A program made the position numbers and the translations under genes. Positions 35,789 to 45,880 of a DNA stretch of 64,000 nucleotides are shown here, piece by piece. Below the pieces are notes generated by a model. That model saw nothing but the letters and a program-made list of their open reading frames with translations, was not told where the DNA came from and did not search any database. The stretch comes from an uncultured Microthrixaceae bacterium. GTDB lineage: Bacteria > Actinomycetota > Acidimicrobiia > Acidimicrobiales > DATDAH01. The stretch spans positions 174,588 to 238,587 of the forward strand of contig CAVRXU010000007.1 in NCBI GenBank assembly GCA_963725155.1, given 5' to 3'. Every line of letters starts with the position of its first letter. Positions within the stretch are counted from its first letter, which is position 1.

Positions 35789-36499
35789 GTGTGCGGCCGG
35801 TTCGTCTCGACCTCCCCACCCGACGAGATCGCCAAGTATTTCGGTGCCACCGAGGTCGACGAGCGCCTCGAGGGCCCGAACTACAACGTGGCCCCGACCC
35901 AGGACGTGTACGCCGTCCTGGAGAACGGAGGGGTGCGGCGGGTGGAGTCGCTGCACTGGGGACTGATCCCGTTCTGGGCCAAGGAGGCCAAGATCGGGAA
36001 CAAGATGATCAATGCCCGAGCCGAGACCATCGCCACCAGCGGGGCGTTCAAGCACGCGTTCAAGAAGCGGCGCTGCATCATCCCGGTCGACGGCTTCTAC
36101 GAGTGGTCCAAGGCCGAGGGGCAGACCAAGAAGCAGCCCTGGTTCATCCACCGACCCGACGACGAGCCCATGGCCTTCGCCGGCCTGTGGGAGGTCTGGC
36201 GACCCGACGGCAGCGAGGACGAGCTGGTGTCCTGCACCATCATCACCGGCGAGCCCAATGAGAAGATGGCCGAGATCCACCACCGGATGCCGGTGATGCT
36301 GCCCCCCGACACCTGGGACCTCTGGCTGAACCGCGACGAGCAGGACACGGCCCTGCTGGGCAAGCTCCTGGTGCCCGCTCCCTCCTCGCTGATCACCTTC
36401 CATCCGGTCAGCACCGAGGTGAACAACGCCCGCAACCAGGGCGAGCACCTGACGGACCCGATCGACCTGGACGAGCCTCCCGAGCTGACCGAGGCATGA
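35789..36499 (+). CDS. SOS response-associated peptidase (SRAP/YedK family, abasic-site sensor)
   Basis: (M)CGRFVSTS N-terminus with the catalytic Cys2. NVAPTQDVYAV, HWGLIPFWAK, MINARAETI, RRCIIPVDGFYEW. Confidence 0.9.
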   Translation: MCGRFVSTSPPDEIAKYFGATEVDERLEGPNYNVAPTQDVYAVLENGGVRRVESLHWGLIPFWAKEAKIGNKMINARAETIATSGAFKHAFKKRRCIIPVDGFYEWSKAEGQTKKQPWFIHRPDDEPMAFAGLWEVWRPDGSEDELVSCTIITGEPNEKMAEIHHRMPVMLPPDTWDLWLNRDEQDTALLGKLLVPAPSSLITFHPVSTEVNNARNQGEHLTDPIDLDEPPELTEA

Positions 36500-38007
36500 G
36501 CCAGCGGCGGGAGCTCCCGCTCAAACGACGCATCGACCTGCTCACGTTGCGCCTCCAGGGTCGCCTGGACAGCGAGGGTTCGGACCGGGTGCTGCCGTGG
36601 GCCTTCTTCGTCGGCCTGTTCGCGGTGCTGGCCGGCTTCGCCCTGGCTCGGGCTCACGGCCTGGAGGAAGGGGCGGACCTCGGGACCTACATCCAGGGGG
36701 CTTGGCTCATCACCCGCGGGGATGCACCCTTCCTGACCATCCGCGGGACCCACCTGCTGGCCGAGCAGGCCGGGTTCAGCTTCTACCCGATCGCCGGGCT
36801 GACCTCCTTCCTGCCCACCGTCCCGACCTTGCTGGTGATCCAGTCCGGTCTCCTGGCCCTCGGCGTGGTGCCTCTGTGGCGCATCGCCCGTCGGGTGGCG
36901 GACCTCCGCGTCGGGGCCTCGCTGGTCCTGCTCAGCGCCTACGCCCTCTATCCGGCGCTCCACGACATGAACACGGCGGGGTTCAACCCGGCCGTCCTGG
37001 CCCTGCCCGCCTTGCTGGGCATGGCCCTGTTCGGCCTCACCGGACGGTGGTGGCTCTTCGGCGCCTGCGCCGTGGTCGCCGTGCTCACCCGAGCGGATCT
37101 GGCCCTGGTCACGGCCGCCTTCGGCGGGCTCCTGGTGCTGGAGGGTCGGCGCCGGGCGGGACTGATCACGATGGGCGTGTCAGTGGCCTACGTCCTGGTC
37201 GCGCTGCTCGTGATCCAGCCGTACTACAACGACGGTGCCTTCGTGCACGCCATCGCCTTCGAGCACTACGGCTCCACCCCGCTGGGCGCACTCGGCGGGC
37301 TGCTGGCCCATCCGTTCCGGGCGGTGGGCGATCTCGTCGACCAGCAGAACTTCGAGATCCTGGTGATGCTCTTCGCCCCCGTCTTCTTCCTCCCCTTCGT
37401 GGCCCCCCGGTACCTCCTGCCCGTGGTGCCGCTGGAATGCCTCTACCTGATCACCAACGTGTCCGAAGACCGGGTTCCCCGCCCCGAGCACGCCGTGGCC
37501 ATCACCGCCTTCATCTTCGTGGCCACTGCCATCGGCCTGTCCAAGATCGGCCGTCGGAGCGTCGAGCGGGTGAATGTGGACCGTCGTGTGCTCGTCGCCC
37601 TTGTCTTCGCGTCGGCCGTGTTCTTCGTCCAGGACTCACCGGCGTCGCCGTACCAGCAACCGTGGGCGTGGGGCGTGCGGGACGAGGCCGATCAGGCCCG
37701 CTTGGACGCCGCCGACCTGGTGCCTGACCGGGACTCGGTGCGGGCGTCGCCGTCGCTGTTACCCCTGCTGGCCGAACGGGCCGCCGTCTACGAGCTGGAC
37801 ACCACCGACAACCCCCATGTGCGCCGGGCCGCCGACGGGGTCGATGCCATCGTCCTGGACGCCGAAGCCGCGCCCGACTGGGACGACGACGACCGCCGCC
37901 GCTTCCAGGAGGGCCTCGTGCAGCTCGGTTTCGACGAGGTCTTCGCGCAGGCCGGCATCACGCTCTACGAACGCGCCGAGGACGCTCAGGCCGACGCTTC
38001 GTCGTGA
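36496..38007 (+). CDS. DUF2079-type polytopic membrane protein
   Basis: 503 aa, more than 10 TM helices. The GADLGTYIQGAWLITRG...HLLAEQAGFSFYPIAGL region resembles DUF2079 envelope-biogenesis membrane proteins. ATGA overlap with the SRAP stop. Confidence 0.65.
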   Translation: MSQRRELPLKRRIDLLTLRLQGRLDSEGSDRVLPWAFFVGLFAVLAGFALARAHGLEEGADLGTYIQGAWLITRGDAPFLTIRGTHLLAEQAGFSFYPIAGLTSFLPTVPTLLVIQSGLLALGVVPLWRIARRVADLRVGASLVLLSAYALYPALHDMNTAGFNPAVLALPALLGMALFGLTGRWWLFGACAVVAVLTRADLALVTAAFGGLLVLEGRRRAGLITMGVSVAYVLVALLVIQPYYNDGAFVHAIAFEHYGSTPLGALGGLLAHPFRAVGDLVDQQNFEILVMLFAPVFFLPFVAPRYLLPVVPLECLYLITNVSEDRVPRPEHAVAITAFIFVATAIGLSKIGRRSVERVNVDRRVLVALVFASAVFFVQDSPASPYQQPWAWGVRDEADQARLDAADLVPDRDSVRASPSLLPLLAERAAVYELDTTDNPHVRRAADGVDAIVLDAEAAPDWDDDDRRRFQEGLVQLGFDEVFAQAGITLYERAEDAQADASS

Positions 38008-38405
38008 CCTGCCGCGGCCAGTGCGGCGCGGAGGCGCTGGGCGATCCCGGCGAAGTCGTCGCCGGGACCGGGTGCCGCGTTGGCGAAGTCGAGATCGGCG
38101 ACCCGGTCGATGGGTACGACGTGCAGGTGCGTGTGCGGGACCTCCTCGCCGACGATCATCAGACCGACCCGCAGCGGGTCCCACAGCTCGTTCTGGACCG
38201 CACCGATCTTGCGGGCGACCACGAACAGGTGGGCCGCCAGGTCGTCATCCAGATCTACCCAGTGGTCGACCTCGTCCCTGGGCACCACCAGCGTGTGCCC
38301 GTCGTGGAGGGGATTGATGGACAGGAACGCCACGCAGCGATCGTCGCGCCAGACGAACTCGCCCGGGATCTGCCCCTCGATGATCATGGTGAACACGGAA
38401 GCCAT
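37986..38405 (-). CDS. HIT-family nucleotide hydrolase/transferase
   Basis: FTMIIEGQIPGEFVWRDDRCVAFLSINPLHDGHTLVVP and the histidine triad HTHLHVVP. Confidence 0.85.
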   Translation of the reverse strand: MASVFTMIIEGQIPGEFVWRDDRCVAFLSINPLHDGHTLVVPRDEVDHWVDLDDDLAAHLFVVARKIGAVQNELWDPLRVGLMIVGEEVPHTHLHVVPIDRVADLDFANAAPGPGDDFAGIAQRLRAALAAAGHDEASA

Positions 38406-38438
38406 GGGGTGGTTGTAGCCGATCTACCCTGGGCGACC

Positions 38439-39053
38439 ATGGAGGACGCGGCAGCGGGGGAGGACCGCATCCTCACGATCCCCAACGTCATCTCCGTCGT
38501 GCGCCTGCTCTGCGTGCCCGTGTTCCTGTGGCTGCTCTTCGACCAGGAGAACCGGGTGGCCGCCGCCGGACTTCTGGCCGTCCTCGGCGCAACCGACTGG
38601 GTCGACGGCTACATCGCCCGCCACTACGACCAGGTCTCCAACCTCGGCAAGATCCTCGACCCCGTGGCCGACCGGGTGCTGCTGATCGTCAGCGTGGTCG
38701 CCATCCTCATCGACGGCTCGGCCCCCCTCGGGGTGGGGATCCTGTCGCTGCTGCGGGAGGGACTGGTCACCGTCGCCGTGCTCGTCCTCGCCGCCCTCGG
38801 GTCCGCCCGCATCGATGTCACGTGGTATGGCAAGGCCGGCACGTTCTCGGTGATGTTCGCCTTCCCGCTGTTCCTGTGGGCCAGCGCCGGTGACGACACG
38901 GTGAACGACCTCGCCTACCTGGCGGCCTGGTGCTTCGCCATCCCCGGCCTGATCCTCGGCTACATCGCCCTGGCCCAGTACATCCCCCTCGGGCTCCAGG
39001 CGCTGCGGGACGGGCGGGCCGCCCGGGCCGAGTTCCCGGAGGTCCCGGCGTGA
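38439..39053 (+). CDS. CDP-alcohol phosphatidyltransferase (PgsA/PIP-synthase type)
   Basis: [24 protein letters not shown]... with the CDP-alcohol motif [31 protein letters not shown] is at codon 146 of ORF 38004. Confidence 0.8.
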   Translation: MEDAAAGEDRILTIPNVISVVRLLCVPVFLWLLFDQENRVAAAGLLAVLGATDWVDGYIARHYDQVSNLGKILDPVADRVLLIVSVVAILIDGSAPLGVGILSLLREGLVTVAVLVLAALGSARIDVTWYGKAGTFSVMFAFPLFLWASAGDDTVNDLAYLAAWCFAIPGLILGYIALAQYIPLGLQALRDGRAARAEFPEVPA

Positions 39054-41536
39054 AGGCGGTGATCATGGCCGGCGGTGAGGGCACCCGCCTGCGGCCACTG
39101 ACCTCCAACCTGCCCAAGCCGATGATGCCGCTGGCCAACAAGCCGATGATGGAGCACGTCATCGACCTGCTGCGTCGTCACGGCTTCCACGAGATCGTGG
39201 TCACCCTGGCCTTCATGCCCGACGCCATCCGCAACCACTTCGGCGACGGGTCCGAGTACGGCGTCCACATCCAGTACGCCACCGAGGAGACGCCCCTGGG
39301 CACCGCGGGGTCGGTGCGCAACGCGGCCGACGCCCTCGACGAGCGCTTCCTCGTCATCTCCGGCGACGTCCTCACCGACATCGACCTGGGCGAGGTGGTG
39401 GCGTTCCACGAGGCGAAGGGGGCCCTGGCCACGATCGGTCTCGTCCCCGTCGAGAATCCGCTCGAGTTCGGCATCGTCATCACCGACGAGGACGGCTCCA
39501 TAGAGCGCTTCCTCGAGAAGCCGAGCTGGGGTCAGGTCTTCTCCGACACCATCAACACCGGCATCTTCGTGCTGGAGCCGGCCATCTTCGACCACATCGC
39601 CGACGACCGTGCGGTCGACTTCTCCTCCGAGGTCTTCCCGGCGCTGCTGGCGGCGGGTCTGCCCCTCTACGGCGCGGTGGCCGACGGCTACTGGGAGGAC
39701 GTGGGCACCCTCGAGGCGTACGTCAGCGCCCACAAGGACATCCTCGACCAGAAGGTCGAGGTGGACGTCCCCGGCTTCGAGGTGTCCGGCGGGGTGTGGG
39801 TGGCCGAGGGAGCCGAGATCCACCCGGACGCCGTCATCGAGGGCCCGGCCGTGGTCGGCGACAACGCCCGGGTCGAGGCCGGCGCCCGCCTAGGCGAGTA
39901 CGCCGTGATCGGCACCAACGTGAAGGTCCGCGCTGGGGCGGAGATCCACCGCAGCATCGTGCAGGACAATGCCTACCTCGGCGAGGGGGTTCGCCTGGCC
40001 GGCGCCGTCGTCGGTCGGGCCTGCGACGTCCGCCGGGGCGCCCGCTGTGAGGACGGCTCGGTCCTGGGTGACGAATGCTTCATCGGCGAGGACGCAGTCA
40101 TCGGAGCCGGCGTGAAGGTGTACCCGTTCAAGACGGTCGAAGCCGCGGCCGTCGTGAACACCTCGATCGTGTGGGAGTCCCGGGGCGCCCGCAGCCTGTT
40201 CGCCGGCTTGGGCGTCAGTGGCCTGGCCAACGTGGACATCACCCCGGAGTTCGCCGCCCGCCTGGCCATGGCCTTCGGCACCACGTTGAAGAAGGACGCC
40301 ACGGTCGTGACCAGCCGTGACTCCAGCCGCTCGGCCCGCATGCTCAAGCGGGCGATGATGGCCGGGCTCAACTCGGCCGGGGTCAACGTGTCGGACCTGG
40401 AGGTGGCGTCCATCCCGGTCACCCGCTTCCAGGCTGGTCGCCCCGACAACCGCGGCGGCCTGACCGTTCGCCTCGTGCCCCACGACCCCCAGCAGGTGGA
40501 GATCCGCTTCTTCGCCAACACCGGCGCAGACCTCGACGATGACGGACGGCGGAAGGTCGAGCGCTACTTCACCCGCCAAGACTTCCGCCGCGTCCTGCCC
40601 AGTGAGATCGGCGACATCGACTTCCCGCCGCGGGCCCTGGAGCACTACGCCGTCGCCTTGGAGGCCTGCATCGACGTCAAGGCCGTACGGGCCGCCGAGT
40701 TCAAGGTCGTCATCGACTACGGCTACGGGACCACGGCCTTCGTGATGCCCAACCTGCTGTCCAAGTTGGGCACCGAGGTGCTGGCCGTCAACCCGTACGT
40801 GTCCACGGCCGGGATCCTGGCCTTCGATCGGGCCCAGCACGCCGAGCAGGTGGCCGGACTGGTCCGGACCTCAGGGGCCCGCCTGGGGGCGGTGCTCGAC
40901 CCCGGCGGCGAACAGCTGACCCTGATCGACGACACCGGCCGGGTGCTCGACGACACCAGCACGCTGCTCGTGCTGCTCGCCCTGCTGGGTGACGAGCTCG
41001 CCGACCGAGAGGTGGCTCTGCCCGTCGCCACCACCGTCCACGCCGAGTCCCTGGTCGAGCGCCACGGCGGTCGGGTCCGCCCGACGAAGCTGGCCCCGTC
41101 GGCGATCATGGAGGCGGCGGGGAGGGAGAACGTGGTCTTCGCCGCGGGGCTGGACGGCGGCTACGTCGTCCCCGAGTTCCTGGCTGCCTTCGACGCCGCC
41201 GCCATGTTGGTCAAGACCCTCGAGCTGCTGGCCCGGCGGGATGTCCGCCTGTCCGAGGTGGTGGCCGACCTGCCCGAGCGGCATCTGGTCCGGGAGTCGG
41301 TGGTCACCCCGTGGGAGCAGAAGGGGACCGTCATGCGCACGCTCATGGAGCGCAGCGGCGACCGCGAGCTCGTGCTGGTGGACGGGGTGAAGGTCCGCCA
41401 CGACGGGGGCTGGGTGCTGGCCTGGCCCGACCCGGAGGAGCCGGTGACCAACGTCTGGGCCGAGGCCGACAGCGACCTCGCCGCCCGTCAGCTGGCCGAG
41501 GAGTACGCCCGCCGGATCCGCCAGATGATCCGATGA
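39050..41536 (+). CDS. fused sugar-1-phosphate nucleotidyltransferase (ManC-like, with LbH domain) and phosphomannomutase/phosphoglucomutase
   Basis: [28 protein letters not shown] nucleotidyltransferase N-terminus, hexapeptide-repeat middle region, and a C-terminal PGM/PMM alpha/beta/alpha domain region. 828 aa. GTGA overlap with the upstream gene. Confidence 0.85.
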   Translation: MKAVIMAGGEGTRLRPLTSNLPKPMMPLANKPMMEHVIDLLRRHGFHEIVVTLAFMPDAIRNHFGDGSEYGVHIQYATEETPLGTAGSVRNAADALDERFLVISGDVLTDIDLGEVVAFHEAKGALATIGLVPVENPLEFGIVITDEDGSIERFLEKPSWGQVFSDTINTGIFVLEPAIFDHIADDRAVDFSSEVFPALLAAGLPLYGAVADGYWEDVGTLEAYVSAHKDILDQKVEVDVPGFEVSGGVWVAEGAEIHPDAVIEGPAVVGDNARVEAGARLGEYAVIGTNVKVRAGAEIHRSIVQDNAYLGEGVRLAGAVVGRACDVRRGARCEDGSVLGDECFIGEDAVIGAGVKVYPFKTVEAAAVVNTSIVWESRGARSLFAGLGVSGLANVDITPEFAARLAMAFGTTLKKDATVVTSRDSSRSARMLKRAMMAGLNSAGVNVSDLEVASIPVTRFQAGRPDNRGGLTVRLVPHDPQQVEIRFFANTGADLDDDGRRKVERYFTRQDFRRVLPSEIGDIDFPPRALEHYAVALEACIDVKAVRAAEFKVVIDYGYGTTAFVMPNLLSKLGTEVLAVNPYVSTAGILAFDRAQHAEQVAGLVRTSGARLGAVLDPGGEQLTLIDDTGRVLDDTSTLLVLLALLGDELADREVALPVATTVHAESLVERHGGRVRPTKLAPSAIMEAAGRENVVFAAGLDGGYVVPEFLAAFDAAAMLVKTLELLARRDVRLSEVVADLPERHLVRESVVTPWEQKGTVMRTLMERSGDRELVLVDGVKVRHDGGWVLAWPDPEEPVTNVWAEADSDLAARQLAEEYARRIRQMIR

Positions 41537-41561
41537 CGCGAACGGGGGTAGGTTCGCGACG

Positions 41562-41942
41562 ATGAACGTCCCCGAGGACCTCAGGTACTCCAAGGACCAC
41601 GAGTGGGCCCGCCTCGAGGGTGACCGGGTCCGCGTCGGCATCACCGACTACGCCCAGGACGCATTGGGCGACGTGGTCTTCGTCGAGCTCCCCGAGGTCG
41701 GCTCGAAGGTGAAGCTCGACGAGAGCTTCAGCGAGGTCGAGTCGACCAAGTCCGTCTCCGACGTCTATGCCCCGCTGGGCGGCACCATCGCCGAGATCAA
41801 CACCGATCTGGCCGACAGCCCGGAGCGCCTCAACGAGGATCCGTACGGCGAGGGTTGGATCTGCCTGCTGGAGCCCGACGACCCGGCCGCCTACGAGGCC
41901 CTGATGGACGCCGCGGCCTACCGGGCCCTGACCGAGGAGTGA
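41562..41942 (+). CDS. gcvH: glycine cleavage system H protein
   Basis: LRYSKDHEWARLEGDRVRVGITDYAQDALGDVVFVELPEVG...EVESTKSVSDVYAP, which includes the lipoyl-lysine motif. Confidence 0.93.
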   Translation: MNVPEDLRYSKDHEWARLEGDRVRVGITDYAQDALGDVVFVELPEVGSKVKLDESFSEVESTKSVSDVYAPLGGTIAEINTDLADSPERLNEDPYGEGWICLLEPDDPAAYEALMDAAAYRALTEE

Positions 41943-41946
41943 CGCC

Positions 41947-42441
41947 GTGTCGGGGGTGACCTGTCCGTCCTGTGGCCACGAGAACACCGTCGGGTCCCGT
42001 TTCTGCTCGTCCTGTGGGACCTCGCTGGGCGAGGACCAGGACACGACCACGGCCACGTTCAGCCCCGGCGAGACCGGCGACCCGGAGGCGGCCGAGACAC
42101 CGGTGCCCGAGGTCGAGGTCGACCTGTCGGACGTGCCCGTGGGCACCGGGGTCCTGGTGGTGACGCGGGGCGAGGCGGCCGGCTCCCGGATCCTGCTGGA
42201 CCTGGCCAACACGTCCGCCGGCCGCCATCCCAAGAGCGACATCTTCCTCGACGACATCACGGTGTCACGGCGACACGCCGAGATCATCCGCGACGGTGAC
42301 CAGTACCGGGTCCGCGACGCGGGCTCCCTGAACGGCACCTACGTCAACCGCGAGCGCATCGAGGAGGCCTCCCTCGAGCACGGCGACGTCCTCCAGGTGG
42401 GCAAGTACAAGCTCCACTTCCTCGTGGCCGGGGTGGTCTGA
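41947..42441 (+). CDS. zinc-ribbon plus FHA-domain protein (GarA/OdhI position)
   Basis: CPSCGHENTVGSRFCSSCG, a Thr-rich linker (DQDTTTATF), and an FHA core (GRHPKSDIFLDDITVSRRHAEI...GSLNGTYVN). Confidence 0.85.
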   Translation: MSGVTCPSCGHENTVGSRFCSSCGTSLGEDQDTTTATFSPGETGDPEAAETPVPEVEVDLSDVPVGTGVLVVTRGEAAGSRILLDLANTSAGRHPKSDIFLDDITVSRRHAEIIRDGDQYRVRDAGSLNGTYVNRERIEEASLEHGDVLQVGKYKLHFLVAGVV

Positions 42442-42458
42442 GCTCCCGTGAGCGCCCC

Positions 42459-43226
42459 ATGAGCCCCGAAGGCCACCACTCGATCGGCGAGGTCCTGGCT
42501 CTCCTGCAGGAGGAGTTCCCGGACGTCACCATCTCCAAGATCCGCTTCCTCGAGAAGGAGGGGCTGATCGATCCGGAGCGGACCCCGTCGGGGTACCGCA
42601 AGTTCTATGACGACGACGTCGCCTGCCTGCGCTGGATCCTGCGTCAGCAGCGGGAGAACTACCTGCCCCTCAAGGTCATCCGCCAGCGCATCGACTCCGG
42701 GGCGTGGCAGGACGACGAGCGACCGGCCGCCCCCGTGCAGCCGACGCTGGCCGCGGTGGACCCCCTGCCCGCGGCGGCACCGGAGGCGGTGGTCGAGGAG
42801 CGACCGGTCCGGGCCGTCGAGGCCCTGGACACCGGCATGACCGGGGTCAGCCTCACCGTGGAGGAGTTGGCCGCAGCCACCGGCCTGAACGGGGACGCCA
42901 TCGCCGAGCTCACCAAGTACGGCCTGCTGGCCGGTCGCCAGGTCGGCTCCGCGGTGCTGTACGACGACGAGGCCCTGGTCGTGGCCCGCCTGGCCGCCGC
43001 GTTCGAGCGCCACGGGGTCGAGGCCCGGCACTTGCGCATGTACAAGATGTCCGCCGACCGCGAAGCCGGTTTCCTCGAGCAGTTGGCCAGCCCCATGGTG
43101 CGCCAGCGCGACGCCGGCGCCCGCCGCCAGGCCTTCGAACTGGTGGGGGAGCTCTGTTCGCTGGGCGACCAGATGCGAGCCTCCCTGCTGCGTCGCTCCC
43201 TGAGGGACCAGCTCGGGCCCCTTTGA
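42459..43226 (+). CDS. MerR-family transcriptional regulator (Rv1828-like)
   Basis: HTH SIGEVLALLQEEFPDVTISKIRFLEKEGLIDPERTPSGYRKFYDDDV, with a second C-terminal dimerisation region. Confidence 0.85.
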   Translation: MSPEGHHSIGEVLALLQEEFPDVTISKIRFLEKEGLIDPERTPSGYRKFYDDDVACLRWILRQQRENYLPLKVIRQRIDSGAWQDDERPAAPVQPTLAAVDPLPAAAPEAVVEERPVRAVEALDTGMTGVSLTVEELAAATGLNGDAIAELTKYGLLAGRQVGSAVLYDDEALVVARLAAAFERHGVEARHLRMYKMSADREAGFLEQLASPMVRQRDAGARRQAFELVGELCSLGDQMRASLLRRSLRDQLGPL

Positions 43227-43780
43227 AGCCGGCCGCCCGGGTCCTCCACGACGCCGAAGACCTCCGGGCCGCCAACGCCCGATTGGGCCGGGAGATCAGC
43301 GAGGCCCACCCTGACGGCGTGCTCCTGGTGGCCGTGCTCAAGGGCAGTGTGCTGTTCCTGGCCGACCTCGTCCGCCAGCTCACGATCCCCGTCGAGATCG
43401 ACTTCCTGGGGATCTCGTCCTACGCCCCCGACAGCGGCCGGGTGCGCCTCACCAAGGACCTCGGCACCGACCTGGCCGACCGTGAGGTGATCCTGGTCGA
43501 GGACGTGGTCGACACCGGCCTGACCCTGGCCTACCTGCTGGCCCAGCTGAGGGCCCGGGAGCCGGCGACCCTCGAGGTCTGCACCCTCTTCGACAAGCGG
43601 GCCCGGCGCATCGTCCCCCAACCGCTGGCCTACGTGGGCTTCGAGATCGGTGACGAGTTCGTCGTCGGCTACGGCCTCGACTTCCGGGGTCGGTACCGCA
43701 ACCTGGAACTGGTGGCCGCGGGTGACCTCGACACCCTGGCCGCCGACCCCGATGCCTACGTCGGTGAGCTCTATCCCTAG
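43223..43780 (+). CDS. hpt: hypoxanthine phosphoribosyltransferase
   Basis: VLLVAVLKGSVLFLADL, the PRPP motif VILVEDVVDTGLTLAYL, and FVVGYGLDFRGRYRNL. The TTG start overlaps the merR stop, so the start is uncertain. Confidence 0.85.
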   Translation: MKPAARVLHDAEDLRAANARLGREISEAHPDGVLLVAVLKGSVLFLADLVRQLTIPVEIDFLGISSYAPDSGRVRLTKDLGTDLADREVILVEDVVDTGLTLAYLLAQLRAREPATLEVCTLFDKRARRIVPQPLAYVGFEIGDEFVVGYGLDFRGRYRNLELVAAGDLDTLAADPDAYVGELYP

Positions 43781-43787
43781 CTAGGTT

Positions 43788-44279
43788 GTGGCCATGGTGG
43801 AGATGGAGCTCGTCGGGGTCCGGGTGGAGCTTCCCACCAACACCCCCATCGTGCTCCTGCGGGAGACGGCGGGCGAGCGGCGGATGCTGCCGATCTTCAT
43901 CGGGGCCCCGGAGGCCACGGCCATCGCCTTCGCCTTGGAGCAGGTGCCGACTCCTCGGCCCATGACCCACGACCTGGTGAAGAACCTGCTCGAAGAGGTC
44001 GGGGTGACCCTGGAGCGCATCGTCGTCACCGATCTGCAGGACAGCACCTTCTTCGCCGAGCTGCACCTGGTGCAGGGTGAGGCCACCCACCAGCTCTCCA
44101 GCCGGCCGTCCGACGCCATCGCGCTGGCCGCCCGCACGGGCTCGCCGATCTTCGCCGAGGAGTCGGTCCTCGACGAGGTGGGCTACACGGTGCGAGAGGA
44201 GGCCCAGCCCGAGGAGGAAGTGGTCGAGGAGTTCCGTCGCTTCATCGACAACATCGACCCCGAGGACTTCGCGTCCTGA
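43788..44279 (+). CDS. bifunctional nuclease family (DUF151, Rv1829-like) protein
   Basis: MVEMELVGVRVELPTNTPIVLLRE...RMLPIFIGAPEATAIAFAL...RPMTHDLV...VVTDLQDSTFFAEL. Confidence 0.8.
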   Translation: MAMVEMELVGVRVELPTNTPIVLLRETAGERRMLPIFIGAPEATAIAFALEQVPTPRPMTHDLVKNLLEEVGVTLERIVVTDLQDSTFFAELHLVQGEATHQLSSRPSDAIALAARTGSPIFAEESVLDEVGYTVREEAQPEEEVVEEFRRFIDNIDPEDFAS

Positions 44280-44290
44280 CTGCCCCCCGG

Positions 44291-45292
44291 ATGGCGCCGT
44301 CGGGCGACCCCTGGCGCCGGGTCCAGCTGGGTTGCCTCCTGCTGGTCGCCACCATCCTGGTGGGCACCGGCGGCTACCTGATCCTGGGCCTCAGCCTGCT
44401 CGACGCCGTCTACCAGACGGTCACCACCATCTCGACGGTGGGATTCCGGGAGATGCCCGACGACCCCTCGACCGGGTTCCGGGTGTTCACCATGGTGCTG
44501 ATCCTCACGGGGGTCGGCGTGGCCTTGTACACGGCATCAGTGCTGTTGGAGTCGGTGGTCGAGGGCCGGCTGTCCGAACGCTTCGGGAGGCGACGCATGC
44601 AACGGACGATCGACGGGCTCGAGGGCCACGTGATCCTGTGTGGCTGGGGACGGGTGGGGCGTTCGATCGAACGTCACCTGACCGGTGCCGGCGTGGACGT
44701 GGTCGTGGTCGAGGCCGACCCCGAACGGGCCGAGGCGGTGCCTGGCCTGTGGGTGTGCGGCGACGCCACCGACGACGCGGTGATGACCGCGGCCGGCCTG
44801 GAGCGGGCGGCCAGCATGGTCACCGCGGTGGACAGCGACGCCGCCAACCTGTTCATCACGCTGAGTGCCCGAGACCGGCGCGACGACCTCTTCATCGTCA
44901 GCCGGGTGCGGGACGACGCCAACGAAGCCAAGCTGCGCCAGGCGGGGGCGAACCGCATCGTCAATCCCCAGGAGATCGGGGGCGGCCGCATCGCCGCCTT
45001 GGCGCTCGCCCCCAACGTGGCCGACTTCCTCGACGTGGTCATGCACGACGGCAGCCTGGAGTTCCGCCTGGCCGACATCACCGTGCCCGAGTCCTCGCCC
45101 CTCGCCGGCAAGAGCCTCCGGGAGGCCCACGTCCGCGACCGGACCGGCGCGCTGGTGCTGGCGATCCGGAGCGAGGGCGGCGAGTTCACCACCAACCCCG
45201 CCCCGGAGAGTGAGCTGCGGCAGGGCGACGTCCTCATCGCCATCGGCACCCAGGAACAGCTCGAGGAGCTGCAGCAGCTGGCTGATCGTTGA
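44291..45292 (+). CDS. 2-TM ion channel with TrkA-N/RCK and TrkA-C domains (potassium-channel family, atypical filter)
   Basis: Pore region VYQTVTTISTVGFREMP, Rossmann motif VILCGWGRVGRS, and a C-terminal RCK-C domain. Confidence 0.8.
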   Translation: MAPSGDPWRRVQLGCLLLVATILVGTGGYLILGLSLLDAVYQTVTTISTVGFREMPDDPSTGFRVFTMVLILTGVGVALYTASVLLESVVEGRLSERFGRRRMQRTIDGLEGHVILCGWGRVGRSIERHLTGAGVDVVVVEADPERAEAVPGLWVCGDATDDAVMTAAGLERAASMVTAVDSDAANLFITLSARDRRDDLFIVSRVRDDANEAKLRQAGANRIVNPQEIGGGRIAALALAPNVADFLDVVMHDGSLEFRLADITVPESSPLAGKSLREAHVRDRTGALVLAIRSEGGEFTTNPAPESELRQGDVLIAIGTQEQLEELQQLADR

Positions 45293-45385
45293 CCTGAACC
45301 TCAGGTCGGGCGTAGGGTGATCGAGGTCACACCTGCGTAACTACGCGCTTGTGATGGGGCGGACGCCTCGAGAGGACACCACCAC

Positions 45386-45880
45386 ATGACCGGACAGCAG
45401 GAGATGTTCCCGCGCCACGTCGGCTACGGGGGCAAGAAGGCGGCCGAGATCGTCGGCATCAGCTACCGCCAGCTGGACTACTGGGCGCGGACCGACCTGG
45501 TCCGACCGTCCCTGGCCGACGCCGCCGGCAGCGGGAGCCGCCGCAAGTACTCCTACCAGGACCTGCTCGAGCTCAAGGTGATCAAGAGCCTGCTCGACGC
45601 CGGCATCCGCCTCGACGTGGTGCGGGAGGTCTTCACCTACCTGCGGGACCAGCTCGGCGAGGACCCGGCCAGCGCCAACCTGGTGATCAGCGGTGACCAC
45701 ACCGTCCTCACCCGGGACGGCGAGGAGATGATCGACCTGGTCCGCAAGGGCCAGGGCGTGCTCAACATCCTGCCCCTGTCGGGCGTGGTGGAAGAGGTCG
45801 ACGCCGCCATCGTGCAGCTGTTCCCTGAGGCCCCGGCGACGCCGGCCCCATCGTCGGTCGAGGTCGCGGCCGAGCAGTGA
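45386..45880 (+). CDS. MerR-family transcriptional regulator (Rv1830-like)
   Basis: KKAAEIVGISYRQLDYWARTDLVRPS...RKYSYQDLLELKVIKSLLDAGIRL. Confidence 0.85.
   Translation: MTGQQEMFPRHVGYGGKKAAEIVGISYRQLDYWARTDLVRPSLADAAGSGSRRKYSYQDLLELKVIKSLLDAGIRLDVVREVFTYLRDQLGEDPASANLVISGDHTVLTRDGEEMIDLVRKGQGVLNILPLSGVVEEVDAAIVQLFPEAPATPAPSSVEVAAEQ

Noticed and set aside
41537-41561. A glycine riboswitch upstream of gcvH. The gap 46225-46255 before gcvT and the gap 45293-45385 were also checked.
   Set aside because: The first two leaders are only 25 and 31 nt. The 93-nt region before the second merR lacks the tandem GGAGAG...CACCG aptamer pattern.
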